This document shows, in pieces, positions 42,124 through 55,345 of a stretch of 64,000 nucleotides of DNA. The notes under the pieces are model-generated. The model made no database searches, was not told where the DNA came from, and saw nothing but the letters and a program-made list of their open reading frames with translations. This DNA is from an uncultured Verrucomicrobiae bacterium (GTDB lineage: Bacteria > Verrucomicrobiota > Verrucomicrobiia > Chthoniobacterales > Chthoniobacteraceae), in NCBI GenBank assembly GCA_963769025.1, contig CAVYKI010000009.1:256001-320000 (forward strand), given 5' to 3'. A program made the position numbers and the translations under genes. Position 1 is the first letter of the stretch, and each line of letters starts with the position of its first letter.

Positions 42124-45100
42124 ATGATTCGCTTTCTTCATCGCTTCACTTCGCACCTCGGGATGGCCGCGGCGGCGAGCGTCCTCCCGCTGCTCTCGAT
42201 CGCGTCAGCGCAACAACCGGCTGACGCGCCCGCCGTTCCGCCAGCTCCCGCGGCCCAGCCACCGGCGGCACCGCCGACGGTCGTCGCACCACCGGTCGAG
42301 CCGCCGGCGCCGGCGCCCCCGGACCCGAAGCTGCTCAGGCAACTCGAGTCGATCCTCACGCACAAGTTCTCGCGCGATCTCACGGAGATTTTCCACGCCA
42401 TTGAAAAATCGGGCACGGCGGACCTCGCCACGCTCACTCCGTCGGACCGCTTCTTCACGCTCTTCCGCATGGGCGAATGGGCAAAGGTCCGCGAGGAGCT
42501 GGCGCAGATGCCGCCGGATCTGGCGCGCAAGATTTTCGACAAGATGCTCACCGACCTCACCGAGAAGGCGAAGCCCAACATGCGGCTCGACGATGTGGTC
42601 GGACTTTCCGAGGCGGTGCCGGGCGATTTCACCGGGGATGAACTGCGCAGGCTCGGGCAACTTTTCGGCCTCGCGGTGCCTGCGAATGAAACCTACTGGC
42701 TCTCCGACCGTCTGCGGAAAGGGACGGGCAAGCTGGGCGGCACGGACCCGGCGAAGCGCCTGCTCGCCGGCCGCGTCCTGCTCGCCGGCGGATTCAAGGA
42801 TCTCGCCCGCACCTACCTTCCGCCGCTCGCCCAGGTCGGACAGATCGCGGACGAAGGCGTGCGCAACGAGCTGACCGCCTTCCTCGCCTCGCAGCAGGAA
42901 AGCGAAGCGGCCCAGCACGAGCAGGTGCAGAAAGTGTGGGATGAAAATCTGCGGCTGCTGACGCTCGCCAAGGTCAACGAGTACGAGAAATCCAAGGCGG
43001 GCCAGGCGCTGGCGCGGGTGATGATGCAAATCCCGCAGAGCACGCTCGCCCCGGTTTTCATCGAGATGGTGAAGAACAACCCGGAGAGCGCCGTCCGGCT
43101 GATCAGCGGCCTTCAGCGCAAGCTCCAGAACGAGGCGAAGGGCGAAGCAACCCTGCGCACTGAGAACCTGAAGGCGCAGGCGTCCGTCGCGAATCTGCTC
43201 GGCGAGAATGCCGATCTCGGCATCCAGCCATGGAACCAGCTCGCGCAGATGATGGCCGATTTCTGGATGACCGAGGCGGATGCCACGTTCACGCAGAAAA
43301 CCGGCACGGCGAACGACAAGGGGAGGTTTGTCGCGCCCGAGGATTTGCTCGTGACCGCGCCCTCCGGAAAATGGGAGACAGCGCTCCCGGCCGGGACTCG
43401 CGAGCGGCTCGATGTCGCCGTTTCCAAGGTCATCCTCGCCAGCGCGAATTTCGATCAGGCCGCCGATCGCATCGTCGAGATCGGGAAGCGAAACCCGGAA
43501 GCGGGAGTCGCGCTCGCGGAGGATTTCCTCACCGTCTGGGCCAGGACCCACAATCCGCAAATCCCCGAGGCGCTGCGAAAGAAGTACGCATTGCCCGACG
43601 ACACGCGGATCCCCGTCACGCCGATCATGATGGAGAAGAACATCGAGAGCCTCGCGCGGATGATGTCGCTCTTCCGGCAGGCGGCGATCGCGCCGAAGGA
43701 TTACGAGAAAGTCGTCAGCGCATTCGACCTCGCGTACAGCAACGCGGAGACCTACCGGACGAGCCACATCGAAAAGGTGTTCGGCCCGATCGGACAAAAT
43801 GGATGAGCCGCTCTTCTTCCTCATCCTCACGCGCATGAATGCGAACCTCGGCGAGCGCTGGCGCAAGATGGACGTGCAAAAGGCCGGCCTCACCCGCCGG
43901 GACGAAACGCAGACGCTGGAGATGGTCCGCGCCGGATATTCCGGTGCGCTGCAAATGATCGACGCATGGCTGCTCGGGCATCCCGACGGCTGGCGCGCGC
44001 TCACGCTCGCCGGCTCGCTGCTCACGGACTGGGGCGATTTTGAATACTTCCAGGAACTTGTCACCGGCGACGCGCGCAAGCGGATGATCGGCTACAAGGA
44101 AAGGAATCTGCAGGCGCAGGAATACTTCCAGCGCGGCGCCGAGGCTTACGCGAAGGAAGTTCCGAAGCTCTCGCCGGCAAACTATTCCGTCGATGCCTAC
44201 CTCGGCTGGTTCCATGGCCTGCTCGGCATCGGCTCGAACGGCCAGTTCAATCTCTCGAAGGCGATGAACCGCGCGGCCCTCACGAGAATCCGCGAGCACC
44301 TGCTCGCGCTGCCGGGGAAGGCGGCAAAGGCGCACATGAGCCAGTTTGCCAAGATCGTGAATGCGCGCCTCGCGGACGAAAAGGATCCGCTGCACGAGGA
44401 TTTGAAGTACCGCTACCTCGCGAGCGCGATCGTCATCACGAAGGACGATCCATTCACCCTCGGCGCGGAGAAGAAGGTCGCGTACTTCGACGACCTGCTC
44501 AGCGAACTCCGGCTCCAGACCCGCGTGGACGGCCCGAACACCATCGGCCGCGATCAGGATTTTGGAATCATCGTCAGCATCATCCACACGGAGGCCATGG
44601 GCCGCGTGGCGCAATTCGGCCAGTATCTCACCAACGATCCGGGAGCAGCCTCGGGGAAGCCGAAGAAGAGCGCGGGACCGCTCGTGCGAAAGATGCGCGA
44701 GGCGCAGGGGCCGCGCGATGAGCTGGAATTGAGCATCACCGAGGCGCTCTCACCGTTCTTCGACATCAAATCGATCACCTTCGCCACGCCCGAAGTGAAG
44801 CCGCGCCCCGCCGCGCAACCCGGCTGGGAGGAAACGGTCCTCGCCTACCTCCTCGTCCGCGCGAAGGACGCGAGCGTGGACAAGATTCCGCCGGTCCAGA
44901 TGGAGCTGAAGTTCGTGGACCTGACCGGCCCGGTCACCATCCCCGCGGAGTCCGCGGAGACCGTGATCAAGGTTGCAGCCAGCGACGTTCCGCCGCGGCC
45001 GGCGCAGCAGATCGAGATCACGCAGACGCTCGACACGCGGCAGTTCGCGATCAACGGCGCGCTTCCTCTCGAGATCAAAGCGACCGCCAACGGACTCGTG

Positions 45101-45775
45101 CCGGAGCTCGAGCAATTGCTCGACCTAGCCGCGCTCAAGAGCGCGCTCGGCATCACGACAGTCCAATCCCCATGAGGGCCTGCAGGTGAAGGAGCTGAAC
45201 ACGTGGGGCGACCAGGTCGCGCCCGCGCTCGGAGCGGCAGTGGACGCTCTCGCTCGATGGCGACCCCATCCGCGCGGCGGACAGCCCGACGGAGTTCCAG
45301 TTCCCGCTGCCGAAGTCCAAGGATGCGACCGTCGTTTACCAGACCTACACCGACATGGATCTCACCACGCTGCCCCAGCCATCGCTCAAGCTCGGTCGCA
45401 CGACGACGATTGCCGGAATGGCCGTGCAACCGCCGCGAAGTTCCTACCTGTGGATCGCGGGAGGTGCAGGACTCGCGCTTCTCGGCGGGGTCGTGCTCTT
45501 CGCGATCGCGAAACGCCGCGGTGGCGTGAAAGAGCGACCGCTGCGGGCGCGCGATGTTTTCAAGATGCCTGGCGACGTGGATGGCTTTGCAGTGGTCGCG
45601 CTGCTCCGCCGCCTGCACACCAGCCCGCTCGTGAAACTCCGCGAACCGCAAAAGGCAGGAACTCCAGCAGGATCTCCAGCGCGTCCAGCAGACATGCTTT
45701 GGCGCCAGCCCCGACGCGATCTCCGAATGCGATCTCCGCGGCATCGCCGAAAAGTGGCTGCGTGCGGCGTGCTGA
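42124..45775 (+). CDS. Large (~1200 aa) secreted, C-terminally anchored protein with BatD-like beta region; frameshifts near 43797, 45170-45230 and 45650
   Basis: Signal peptide, Pro-rich linker, long helical region, beta-rich region, TM YLWIAGGAGLALLGGVVLFAIA, short cytoplasmic tail; coding-like sequence continues across the frame breaks. Confidence 0.65.
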
Positions 45776-45809
45776 TCCCGATCCCTCTCCACCACTGAAT
45801 CCCATTTTC

Positions 45810-46819
45810 ATGCAAACCATCACCAAACCTTCCGCCTCCGGCGCGGTCGCGCAAACTGCCCAGCAATTCGTCGCCGGGGTCCGGGAGCGCGTCGCGAAGA
45901 TCGTCGTCGGCCAGGATGTCGTCGTCGAGCGCGTCATGATCGCGCTGCTCACCGGCGGCCACCTGCTGCTGCAAGGGTCTGCCCGGGCCTCGCGAAGACG
46001 CTGCTCGTGAACACCATCGCGAAGGCCATCAACCTCGACTTCAAGCGCGTCCAGTTCACCGTCGACATGCTGCCGTCGGACATCATCGGCTCGGAAATCA
46101 TCGATCAAAAGAGCGGGCGACTTCCGCATCCACCGGGTCCCGTCTTCACGAACCTGCTGCTGGCGGATGAAATCAACCGCGCCGCGCCCAAGGTGCAGGG
46201 CGCGATGCTCGAAGCCATGCAGGAGCGCAAGGTCACCATCGGCGGCCAGAGCCTGAAACTGCCCACGCCTTTCCTCGTCATCGCCACGCAGAACCCCGTC
46301 GAGCAGTCCGGCACCTTCGAGCTGCCGGAGGCGCAGCTCGATCGCTTCATGCTGCTGCACCGGCTCGGCTATCCCGGGCGCGAGGACGAGCAGATGATCC
46401 TCCAGCGCCAGCTCGGCATGGGCCTGCGGCGCGAGGGTGGCGGCGCCGTGCCGCGCTCGGCGTTCGACATGATCGAGGACAACGCCGGCGCCTCGGTCGC
46501 GGATCTCGTCACCGCGATGGAAGCGGTGCAGGCCGTGCATGTCAGCGAGGTCTTCGTGAAGCATTGCGTGGAGCTCGTGCGCCGCACGCGCGAATCGAAG
46601 CTGCTCGACTTCGGCTGCAGCCCGCGCGCCGGGCTCGCGCTGATCAATGCCGCCCGCGCCCGCGCCGTGATGCACGACCGCGACTACGTGACGCCGGAGG
46701 ACTTGTTCGACCTCGCCGAGGACGTGGTGCTGCACCGCATCCGCGTCAGCTACGAGGCCTCCGCCGCCGGGCACACCGGCACGCAGGTGCTGGAGTCGAT
46801 CCTCGCAAATCTCGGCTGA
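45810..46819 (+). CDS. MoxR-family AAA+ ATPase, frameshift in Walker A region
   Basis: IVGQD, GHLLLQG(LPGLAKT), RVQFT.D.LPSDIIG, LLADEINRA.PKVQ, ATQNPVEQ, LPEAQLDRF, SPRAG. Confidence 0.93.
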
Positions 46820-46830
46820 GCCGCAACGCC

Positions 46831-47696
46831 ATGCGCCGGCAGGTAAAACTCAGCCAGGATCCCGTGGATGCACGGCAGTTCGAGGTGACGGTGAAGCACC
46901 TCGCGAACAGCCTGAACTTCGGCCAGGAGGAATCCGTCTTCCACGGCGCCGGGCTGGAGTACGCGCAGTCGCGGCTCTACGTGGCGGGCGATCCGGTGAA
47001 GTTCATCGACTGGAAGGTCTCCGCGCGGGTCGGCAAGCTCTACATCAAGGAGTTTCAGGAGCCGCAGCAGATCCCGCTCTACCTGCTGCTCGATACCTCC
47101 GCATCCATGTGCGTCACCTCGCAGCCGCTGAGCAAGTACGCGTGGGCCGTGCGCATCGCCACCGGCATCGCGCTGGCGGCGCAGGCGACATGCACGCCGG
47201 TCGGCCTGCTCGGCTGCGGCGCGCGCGAGCTGCACGTGCGCCCCACGCTTTCGCGCAATCGTCGTGATGGAATGGTCGCACCAGCTCCGCCATCACGACT
47301 TTCTCGAGGAGACATCGCTGGCCAGCGCGCGCGTGAAGTCGCGCCGTCGCTGAAGCGCCGCACGATGATCATCGTGCTCAGCGACCTGCACGATCCCGAG
47401 GCGTTCGCCGCGCTCCAGGTCCTTGCGCAGGAGCACGACTGCATCGTGCTGCACCTTCAGGATCCCGCGGAATTGCAAGTGCACGGCGCGGGCCTTTTCC
47501 GCGGCGTCGAGGCCGAGTCCGGCCGCGCATTCGTCGGGCCACGGACGCCGCGCATGGATCGATGCCGCGGACTGGAAGAGCGAACTCACGCGCTTCGGCA
47601 TCGACTACCTGCATCTGCCGCACCGACCAGCCGATCCTCGGCAAACTGCGCCATTTCTTGAAACGCCGCGGCTTCGGCGGGAGTTCGGCGAGATAG
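46831..47696 (+). CDS. DUF58-domain protein, frameshifted
   Basis: GLEY..SR.Y..GD.V..IDWKVSAR...YIKEF; LDTSASM; IVLSD; follows MoxR. Confidence 0.88.
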
Positions 47697-47697
47697 C

Positions 47698-48555
47698 ATG
47701 GAAAGGAAGTCCATCCTTCGGCGGAAGCGCGTGCTGGCTCATCGCAAGCGTCGTGCGCGGTCGCACTGGCGGCGGTCTTTTTCCTGCGGCCCAAAAAGGA
47801 CGACTCCCTCAACGTGCCGCTCGGCGTCGAGCAGGCGGCCATCGTCACCTACAGCGGTCCGCCGGTCGCGGTGGCGCCTTACAAGTGGGGCGTGGCCGTC
47901 AATGTGCGCATCGCGAAGGTCAACGAGCGACCCGGCACGCCGCATCTACGATGTGCGCTACATCGTCAATCGCGCGCGGCACGTTTGATCTCAAGGACTA
48001 CCTCATCGCCGAAGATGGCAGCGCGCTCGACGGCCTGCCGTCGTTCAAGTTCACCGGCGATCCGGCGCTCTCCAAGAAGCTCGATACGCGCATCCAGGAG
48101 ACCGAGGAAACCCGCGTGGACGTGGGCGGACACTACTACGAGACGCTCGCCGTGCTGGGCGTGTTGTGGATCGTCTGGCTGCTCCTGCTCATCTTCTACG
48201 GACGTGCCAAGCCACCGCCGCCGTGCCGCGGCCGCGCCTCCCGAGCCGACGCTCGCGGCGATGCTCCGCGCCTTCCTCGCGCAACTCGAGGCCGGCACGC
48301 TCGACGCCGCTGCCAAGGCGAAAATGGAGATGCTTCTCCTCCGCCGCTGGCGCGAGGAACTCGCACTGGACCGATGCGCCGATGAGCGTCGCGCTCGAAG
48401 CGATCAGCCGCAGTGAAAAGACCGGCGACGCGATGCGCCAGTTGCAGCACTGGCTGCACATCCCGTCGCCGGATGTCGGGCGCGAGGAGATCGCCGCCGT
48501 CATCACTCCCTACGCCGTCGAAGCATCGAAACCGGAGGCACCGGAACGCACATGA
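47698..48555 (+). CDS. Hypothetical single-pass membrane protein of MoxR operon, frameshifted
   Basis: Beta domain (FDLKDYL), TM LAVLGVLWIVWLLLLIFY, helical tail (LQHWLH); stop overlaps the next ATG. Confidence 0.65.
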
Positions 48556-49531
48556 CCTTTCTGCATCCGCAGTGGCTCGCGCCTGCTGGCGCTCCCGGTG
48601 ATCCTCGCGTTTTGGGAATGGGTCCGGCGCGGTCAGCCCATCGCGCTGCCCTTCGATCATGGCCAACAGCGGCGCGGACTCGTGCTTCGCTTCCTCGTGC
48701 TCTGCGCGAACTGCCTGCCCGCCGCGCTTCTCGCGGTGGCCATCCTCTTCCTCGCGCATCCTGTCACCTTCCACGCCGCCGGAGGTGGAGCGGAAGCTCA
48801 ACAACGTCCAGTTCGTGCTCGATACCTCCGGCAGCATGGCCGAGCCGCACGGCTCGCAGGCCGAAGGGACGGCACCGGCGCTTCGATTCGGCGATGGATG
48901 CCATCGAGCAGTTCATCACCTACCGAAAGGGAGACGCCTTCGGCCTCACCATCTTTTCGCGGCACTTCATCCACTGGCTGCCGCTCACGCTCGACACGCA
49001 GTCCATCCTGCTCTCGAGGCGCTTCATCGAGCCCAACAATCCGCAAGCTCGATCCGCCATCCATGGGCCGCCACGGCCTGCCGGATGCGCTCTGGGGCCA
49101 CACCTTCATCGGCAAGGCACTGCATCGGCGCCAGCCGATCTCCTCGCCCAGCGCCCGACTGGCGACCGCATGATCATCCTCATGACCGATGGCGAAAGCC
49201 CCGACATCATGCCGCCGCTGCGACGCCGAGATCATCGCCCACCTTCGCGCGGAAAATATCACGCGTCTTCAGCATCATGCTCACCGACGAGGCCATCCAG
49301 CCGCCTCTCATCGGACATCACACGCGCGACCGGCGGCGAAGTCTTCAACGCCGTCACCCCTGAGGCACTCGCACGCCGTGTTCCAGACGCATCGACGAGA
49401 TGAAAAAGGTCGTGGTGCTGGAGAAAAAGCCGCAGGTCGTCGATCACTACGAGCCGTTTTTTCTTCCGGTGATCGGCCTTCTCGCCCTCAGCGTGCTCGC
49501 CCTTTTCGGGCTGCGCTTCACGCCTTGGTGA
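48552..49531 (+). CDS. BatA-like membrane vWA-domain protein, frameshifted
   Basis: MTFLHPQWL BatA-type N-terminus; LDTSGSM; DAFGL; WLPLT; ILMTDGE; C-terminal TM. Confidence 0.85.
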
Positions 49532-49565
49532 GCGCGGTGGAAGTCAGGGGCATGGCCGCGCACCT

Positions 49566-51912
49566 TTAGGCGATCACATTCTCGCCGCGGTTCTCGGCCT
49601 GCCGGATCGTCACCGGCCAGCCGGGGAATTGGTTCGACGGCTTGCCGTCGGCGGGATCGACGAGGAAGCGGAACGACTCGACGAGATACGTTTTCTTCTC
49701 CGTGTCGAACGTGATGAAGCCGAAGCCGCTGCCTTTTTCGTGCGCCTTGTCGTAGCGGTTCGGCGCCTTGCCGACCACGGGATTTCCCACGGCGTAGACG
49801 TAGACCTTGTTCCCGAAGCCATCGAGGAACTCGCCCGTGTCCGGCAGCGCGTGCTTCGGGCGGTTCGTGTGCGGCATGCCGATTTCATCGGGCCGCCACC
49901 AGCGCGGATAGCCGGCGGCGATGGCGGGCGTGCAAAAGGACCACATGCTGTCGCGCTGTTTCCCCACGCCGTACTGCGTGAGCGTGGTGAGGTGCTGATC
50001 GCCGTTGATGTGCAGCGCCATCGACGGGCGCAGGATTTCGACGGCGCGGTTGCGCGGGGTCTGCGGCCAGGAGCCGGAGTCGAGGTCCGCCTTCAGGTAG
50101 CCGTCGTATCCACCGTGATGGGTCGCGACCGCGGCAAATACGGTCTGACTGAGCACCGCCTTGAGCGTGTGGCCTCGCCAGTCCTGAGCCCATTTTTTCA
50201 GGAACTCCTCCTGCCGCTCGCCGAGGAGCACGAGGCCCGGCTTGTCGAGCGCGAGGCAGTCGAACTTCGGATCCAGCACATGGTCGGCGCGGCCGCTTCC
50301 GGTCTCCACGCGATCGGGTCCGCTCTTCCACTGGCGGTCGGCGATGATGGCGAAGCTCACGCCGCCATACACCATGTCTCCGTAATACACGCTGATGTCC
50401 TGCAGGGCCGGAGCGGGGTCAAACGGGTCGGGATGGTGCGCGACGTTGGTGCGGTGGACGGCATTCACCATCCGCGCCGGCTCGCGGTAGCCGCCGGCGG
50501 AGGATGCACCGTCGTCACCGGTTCCCATTTTCGCACCGCCTTCGCCCCAGATGTTTCCTTGGAACACGTCGTGATCGTCCGGCAGGCAGAGGGTGGGCCG
50601 GTCGCGCATCACTTCACGGAACGACCAGCCGAACTGATAGAATTTCCGGAGGTAGTTGAGAATGGCCGGTCCCGCGGGATCGCGGATGATGCCGAAGCCG
50701 CCGTGGTTCTCGTAGATCTGGTCGCCGGAAAAGAACACGAGGTCCGGATTCAGCTTCGCGACATTTTTGACCACGGGCTCATACGGAAAGGCGTAGTCGT
50801 TCTGGCAGGTCATCGCAGCCATGCGCAAAGGCCGTCCGGCGGGATTTGCCTGAATGGTGCCCGTCCACTCGTGCGGCGTCGCCGTGCCGTCGCGATGCTT
50901 CTCGCGGTAGATGAGCTTGTAAGGAGTGGCCATTTTTTCGTCCCATTTCGGAATGCGGAACGTCGCCACCCACGCGTCGGGATCGAGCTTCGCCTCGCCG
51001 AGGGATTGCCACTTGCCGCCGCGCTGCACGTGCAGTTCCACCATCTGGCTGTCGTCGTTTCCCATCGGTCCAGTCAGCGCGCTGATCTTCATCACGAAGC
51101 CCTCGTCGGTGCGCGAGTCGCTCAGCGAATACATCGACCAGAGGAGAGGGCCGAATCGCTGCGCGGGAATGACCGCGAACGCATCGCCTTCCATCGTCCA
51201 CTTGCTGAAGCGATGGCGCGATCCCGTTTGCGCCGCCTTCTTGCCGCCCTTTCGTCCGCCTTCCGCGTCGTAATTGCTGACGAGCGCGACGTTGCCGAGC
51301 AGCGCGTCTGCCGGGACGTCATGCGAGATCTTTCCGAGGCTCGCGCCGGTGCCCGGTGAGCGGGCTTCGAGCGTGAGAGTCACCCCGGTGCCGTTCGCCG
51401 CGCCTGAAAGGTGAAGCCCGATGCTTTTCACATCGGCGGCGGCATCCAGCGGCGCAGTCTTCGGGCCGAGCAGCAGGTTGTCCCTCTGCCACGCCGGCAT
51501 TCATGCCTTTGGCGACAAAACAGTTGCTGCGGTGCTCGTTGATCTCGCTGCGCACGCCGACGCGGAATCCCGCGCCCGCATCATTTCCCTTCGTCTCCAG
51601 CAGCGAGACCTGCACCGACATCGTGAAGCCCTTTGCCGGATCGGTGATCTGATGCGTGAGCGAGTGGATGCTGCGATTGCCGCCCAAGCTCTGACATTCC
51701 GCTGCGCCATCGACGACACGCCAATCTTCCATCGGGTTTGCCCAATGTTCGCCGCCGAGCCAGACGCGGTCATGCATTCTGCTCCACGCATCGGTGGAAT
51801 TTGCTGCACCGGCAGAAGGCGCGGCGCGGCCTTCCGTGCGGCTGCCGACTGCCGCGACCGTTCCGGCAGCGACCCATTTGAGCGCGGTGCGCCGTGTGAT
51901 TTTGTGGTTCAT
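49566..51912 (-). CDS. Tat-exported alkaline phosphatase D-like metallophosphoesterase, frameshift near 51495
   Basis: ITRRTALK twin-arginine signal; [19 protein letters not shown] metal motifs. Confidence 0.85.
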
Positions 51913-51932
51913 GGAGGTGTGTGATTGTTGGG

Positions 51933-53467
51933 CTACGGCAGCTTCGGCTTCAGAGGTGTGCTGCCATCCTTGTCCACCGGGTAGAGTGCGTGCTGAGTTT
52001 CCATTTGCGCGATGAGCCCCTGCATCATGCGCCGCAGTTCGTCCCGCTCGGTGGTCGCGAGGTTGCTTTGCTCGAATGGATCCTTGGCGAGATTGAAGAG
52101 CTGGTAGTGCGAGTTTTCCGAAACCGCGGAGGGAGTATAGTGGTAGATGACCTTCCAGTCGCCGTTCCGGAAAGTGGTGAAGTAGTCGCTGCGATGCGGC
52201 GCGTGCGGGTAGTGCATCAGAAATGTCTCCTCGCGGCATGGAGTCGCGTTTGCCGGAAAGCAATGTGTCGAGGCGTGCGCCGTCCACGATGTGATTTGCC
52301 GGAGCCGGCTTGCCGGTGAGCGAGAGCAGGGTGGGGAACATGTCATAAACGGCGGCCTGCTGGCTCTGGATTGCGCCGACGGCGATCGGGAGACGTTTTT
52401 GAAACGCATTGTCCGCGGCGGGCTTCGCCCACGCCGCAATGAACGGCACACGCATTCCACCTTCGTAGTGCGAGCCTTTTTTGCCGCGCAGTGGAGCCGC
52501 GCAGGCGACTACGTGGGGCTCGCCGAGCGGCGCGTCGCGAGCCGTTGTCGCCCAGGAAAAGGATGAGCGTGTTCTCCGCGACGCCGAGTTTGTCGAGATG
52601 GTCGAGCACATCGCCGAGCGACTTGTCCATGCCCTCGATGAGCGTCGCAAACGCCTGCGCGGGCGCTGGCTTTCCGGAGTCCTTGTAGTGCTCGGCAAAG
52701 CGCGGGTCGGAGTTGAATGGGGAATGCACGGCGTAGTGCGCGAAGTAGAGGAAGAAGGGCTTTTCCGCCTTCACGGCGTCGGCGACGTGCGAGTTTGCCT
52801 CGAGCGTGAGCGCGTCGCTGAGGAAGGTGTCGGTGCCGTGATATTTCTCCAGGCCAGGAACGGCAGCGGGCGATTGCTTTTTCACCGCGCCGCCGGCGTT
52901 GCCGTAATTCTTCATCCCGTAGTAGCTCGCAGGCGCGCCGATGGAGCCCCCGCCCACGTTGATGTCGAAACCGATGTTTTTCGGGTCAGCGCCTTCAAAC
53001 TCGCGCGGGCCGAAGTGCCCCTTGCCGACGTGGATGGTGCGGTAGCCGTCCGCCTGCATCAGGCGCGCAAGCGTGACGTCGGTTTTCTTGAGCCCCTTCC
53101 AGTTCCAGTCTGGCGGGCCGCTGGGGCCGGCGTTGTTCTTGTCGGGATTGATCCAGTTCGTCGTGTGATGCCGCGCCGCATTTTGCCCGGTCATGATGGA
53201 AACGCGCGTCGGCGAGCACACGCTCATCGCGCAGAAATTGTTGAAACGGATCCCGCGCGCAGCGAGGCGTTCCATGTTCGGCGTGCGGTAATAGTCGTTG
53301 AGCGGATACCGCTTCGCTTTTCCCGTTTCGTCGGTGAGAAAAGGCAGCGAGGTGTCCATCACGCCCATGTCATCGACGAGGAAGATGATGATGTTTGGCT
53401 TGGCGGGTGCGGCCGTGGCGGGGGAGCACACGGCGCAGGCGAGCAGGGCGAGGAGCAGTTTTTTCAT
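51933..53467 (-). CDS. Cys-type sulfatase, frameshifted
   Basis: KPNIIIFLVDDMG, CSPTR..IMTG, GKGH, GDNG, PLRGKKG..YEGG, QLFNL..DPFE. Confidence 0.92.
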
Positions 53468-53528
53468 TGGGGATGTATCGGGGTTTGGGCGCCAGGCGTG
53501 ATGAGGATTGAGTCCGGAAGTCCGCAGC

Positions 53529-55275
53529 CTAGTCCGCCGCCTGCTTTGCTTTTCGGCCCTTGCCTCCGCCGCCTTCGGGGTACGGTTTCACGTGCGCGCG
53601 CTCGGCCCATGTTTCCCACTTTCCGGCGAGTTCCTTCACCTTCTCGGGCTGTGCCGTGGCGAGGTTGTGAAGTTCCGTGCGGTCGGCCCGCATGTCGTAG
53701 AGTTCCCACGGGCCCGTTCGTCCTTTGGCGACGAGCTTCCAGTCGCCGTCGCGCGCGGCGCGGTTGCCTTCGTGTTCGAAAAAGATCGGCTCTTTGCGAT
53801 CGAGCGGCACGCCGTCGAATGCCGCTCGCAGGCTCAGCCCCTCCATGCGGCTGGATCGCGGCACCCTTGAATTCCTTCGGGTAGTCAGCTCCCGCGAGAT
53901 CCACGCGGTCGCCATGAGATCGATGAGATGCGCGGGGTCTTTCACCAGCGCTCCCATGCCCCCGGGCCCGGTTGCAGCCGGCTGATGCCCGCCGGCCAGT
54001 GCGCGATGAGCGGCGTGCTGATGCCGCCCTCGTGCACCCAGTGCTTGTATTCGCGGAAGGGCGTGTTGCTCACATTCGCCCAGCCTCGCCGTAGCCGATG
54101 TAGGTGTCCGCCGCGCCCGGCATCACGCCGTAGCCCTGGCGCACGGGATAGCCGTCGCGCGTCTGCTTCGGGATCATGTCCGGCTGCAGGAAGCTCGCCG
54201 GCGCAGCGGCGGCAGCGTCGGCTTGTCGGCGCGCGGCTTGGCCTGGCCGCCGCGGCCTATCCCTTCGGCGCAGCCGCCATTGTCCTGGAGGAAGAGGATG
54301 AGCGTGTTTTCGAACTGCCCTGCGCCTTCAGCTCGCGACGATCCGGCCGATGCCCTGATCCATGCAGTCGACCATCGCGGCATAGACCTCCATGCAGCGC
54401 GTCTCGAACTCGCGATCCTTCACCGCGTCTCCAGTCGCCCGCCTGCGGCGACATGCGCCCACCGGGCATCCACCAGGCCGAGTTGCTTCGTGCTTCGCCC
54501 AGCGCGCCGCGCGGATCGCGTCGTAGCCGGCGTCGTACTTGCCCGTGGTATTTGGCGATGTCGGATCTCCTTCGCGTGCATCGGCCAGTGCGCGGCGGTG
54601 TAGCGCCACGTAGATGAAGAACGGCTGGCTGCGCGTGGTCGCCCGGTGCTCGCGGACGAAACGCGCCGCATGGTCGCTGATCGCGTCGGTGTAGTAATAC
54701 TCGCTCGGGCCGATATTCCGGATCGCGCGAATGGCGAGATGACCGTGTTGTCCCGCGTGAGCGAGTTCGGATCGAAGAAGCTGCCCGCGCCGTGAATCGT
54801 GCCGTAGAAGCGGTCGAATCCGCGCTGCAGCGGCCAGTTGTCGTGTCGGCGATTCGTCCTTCGGGTTCTACCTTCGGCGTCACGTGCCACTTGCCCACCA
54901 CGTAGTTGCGATAGCCCGCCGGCTTCAGCGCCTCGGCGATCGTCACGCAGCGGCGGTTCAGGTCGCCGCGGTAGCCGTCGAGTCCCGCGATCATCCATCA
55001 TGTGGCCGATGCCCGCCTGATGCGGATACAGCCCCGTGAGCAGCGACGCGCGCGTCGGGCAGCAGCGGGCCGTGTTGTAGAACTGCGTGAATCGCACGCC
55101 GCCCTTCGCGAGCGCGTCGAGATTCGGCGTCTGCGATCTCGCCGCCGTAGCAGCCGAGGTCCGAGAAGCCCATGTCGTCGGCCATGATGACGATGATGTT
55201 CGGCTTCGCGGCCGCTGCCGCCAAGGACGAATGAAATGCGACGAGCGACGCGATCAGTGGGAGGATCAGCTTCAT
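53529..55275 (-). CDS. Arylsulfatase (Cys-type), heavily frameshifted
   Basis: ADDMGFSD.GCYGGEI, CCPTRASLLTG, GKWH, YTAAHWP, QDNG, WELYD...DRTE. Confidence 0.9.
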
Positions 55276-55345
55276 CGGATGGGTGTCAGTTGGTCTTTGT
55301 GTCGTTCTCTCATTCGAGGCGTATGTGAACGGAAGTTGCGCGGAG

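Noticed and set aside
39796..49531. VMAP-type ternary conflict system
   Set aside because: No effector-associated or peptidase components; membrane vWAs plus DUF58 fit the Bat/MoxR-proper type.
51319..52698. Apparent sulfatase-PhoD fusion ORF
   Set aside because: Out-of-frame read-through; the sulfatase stops at 51933 and PhoD starts at 51912.
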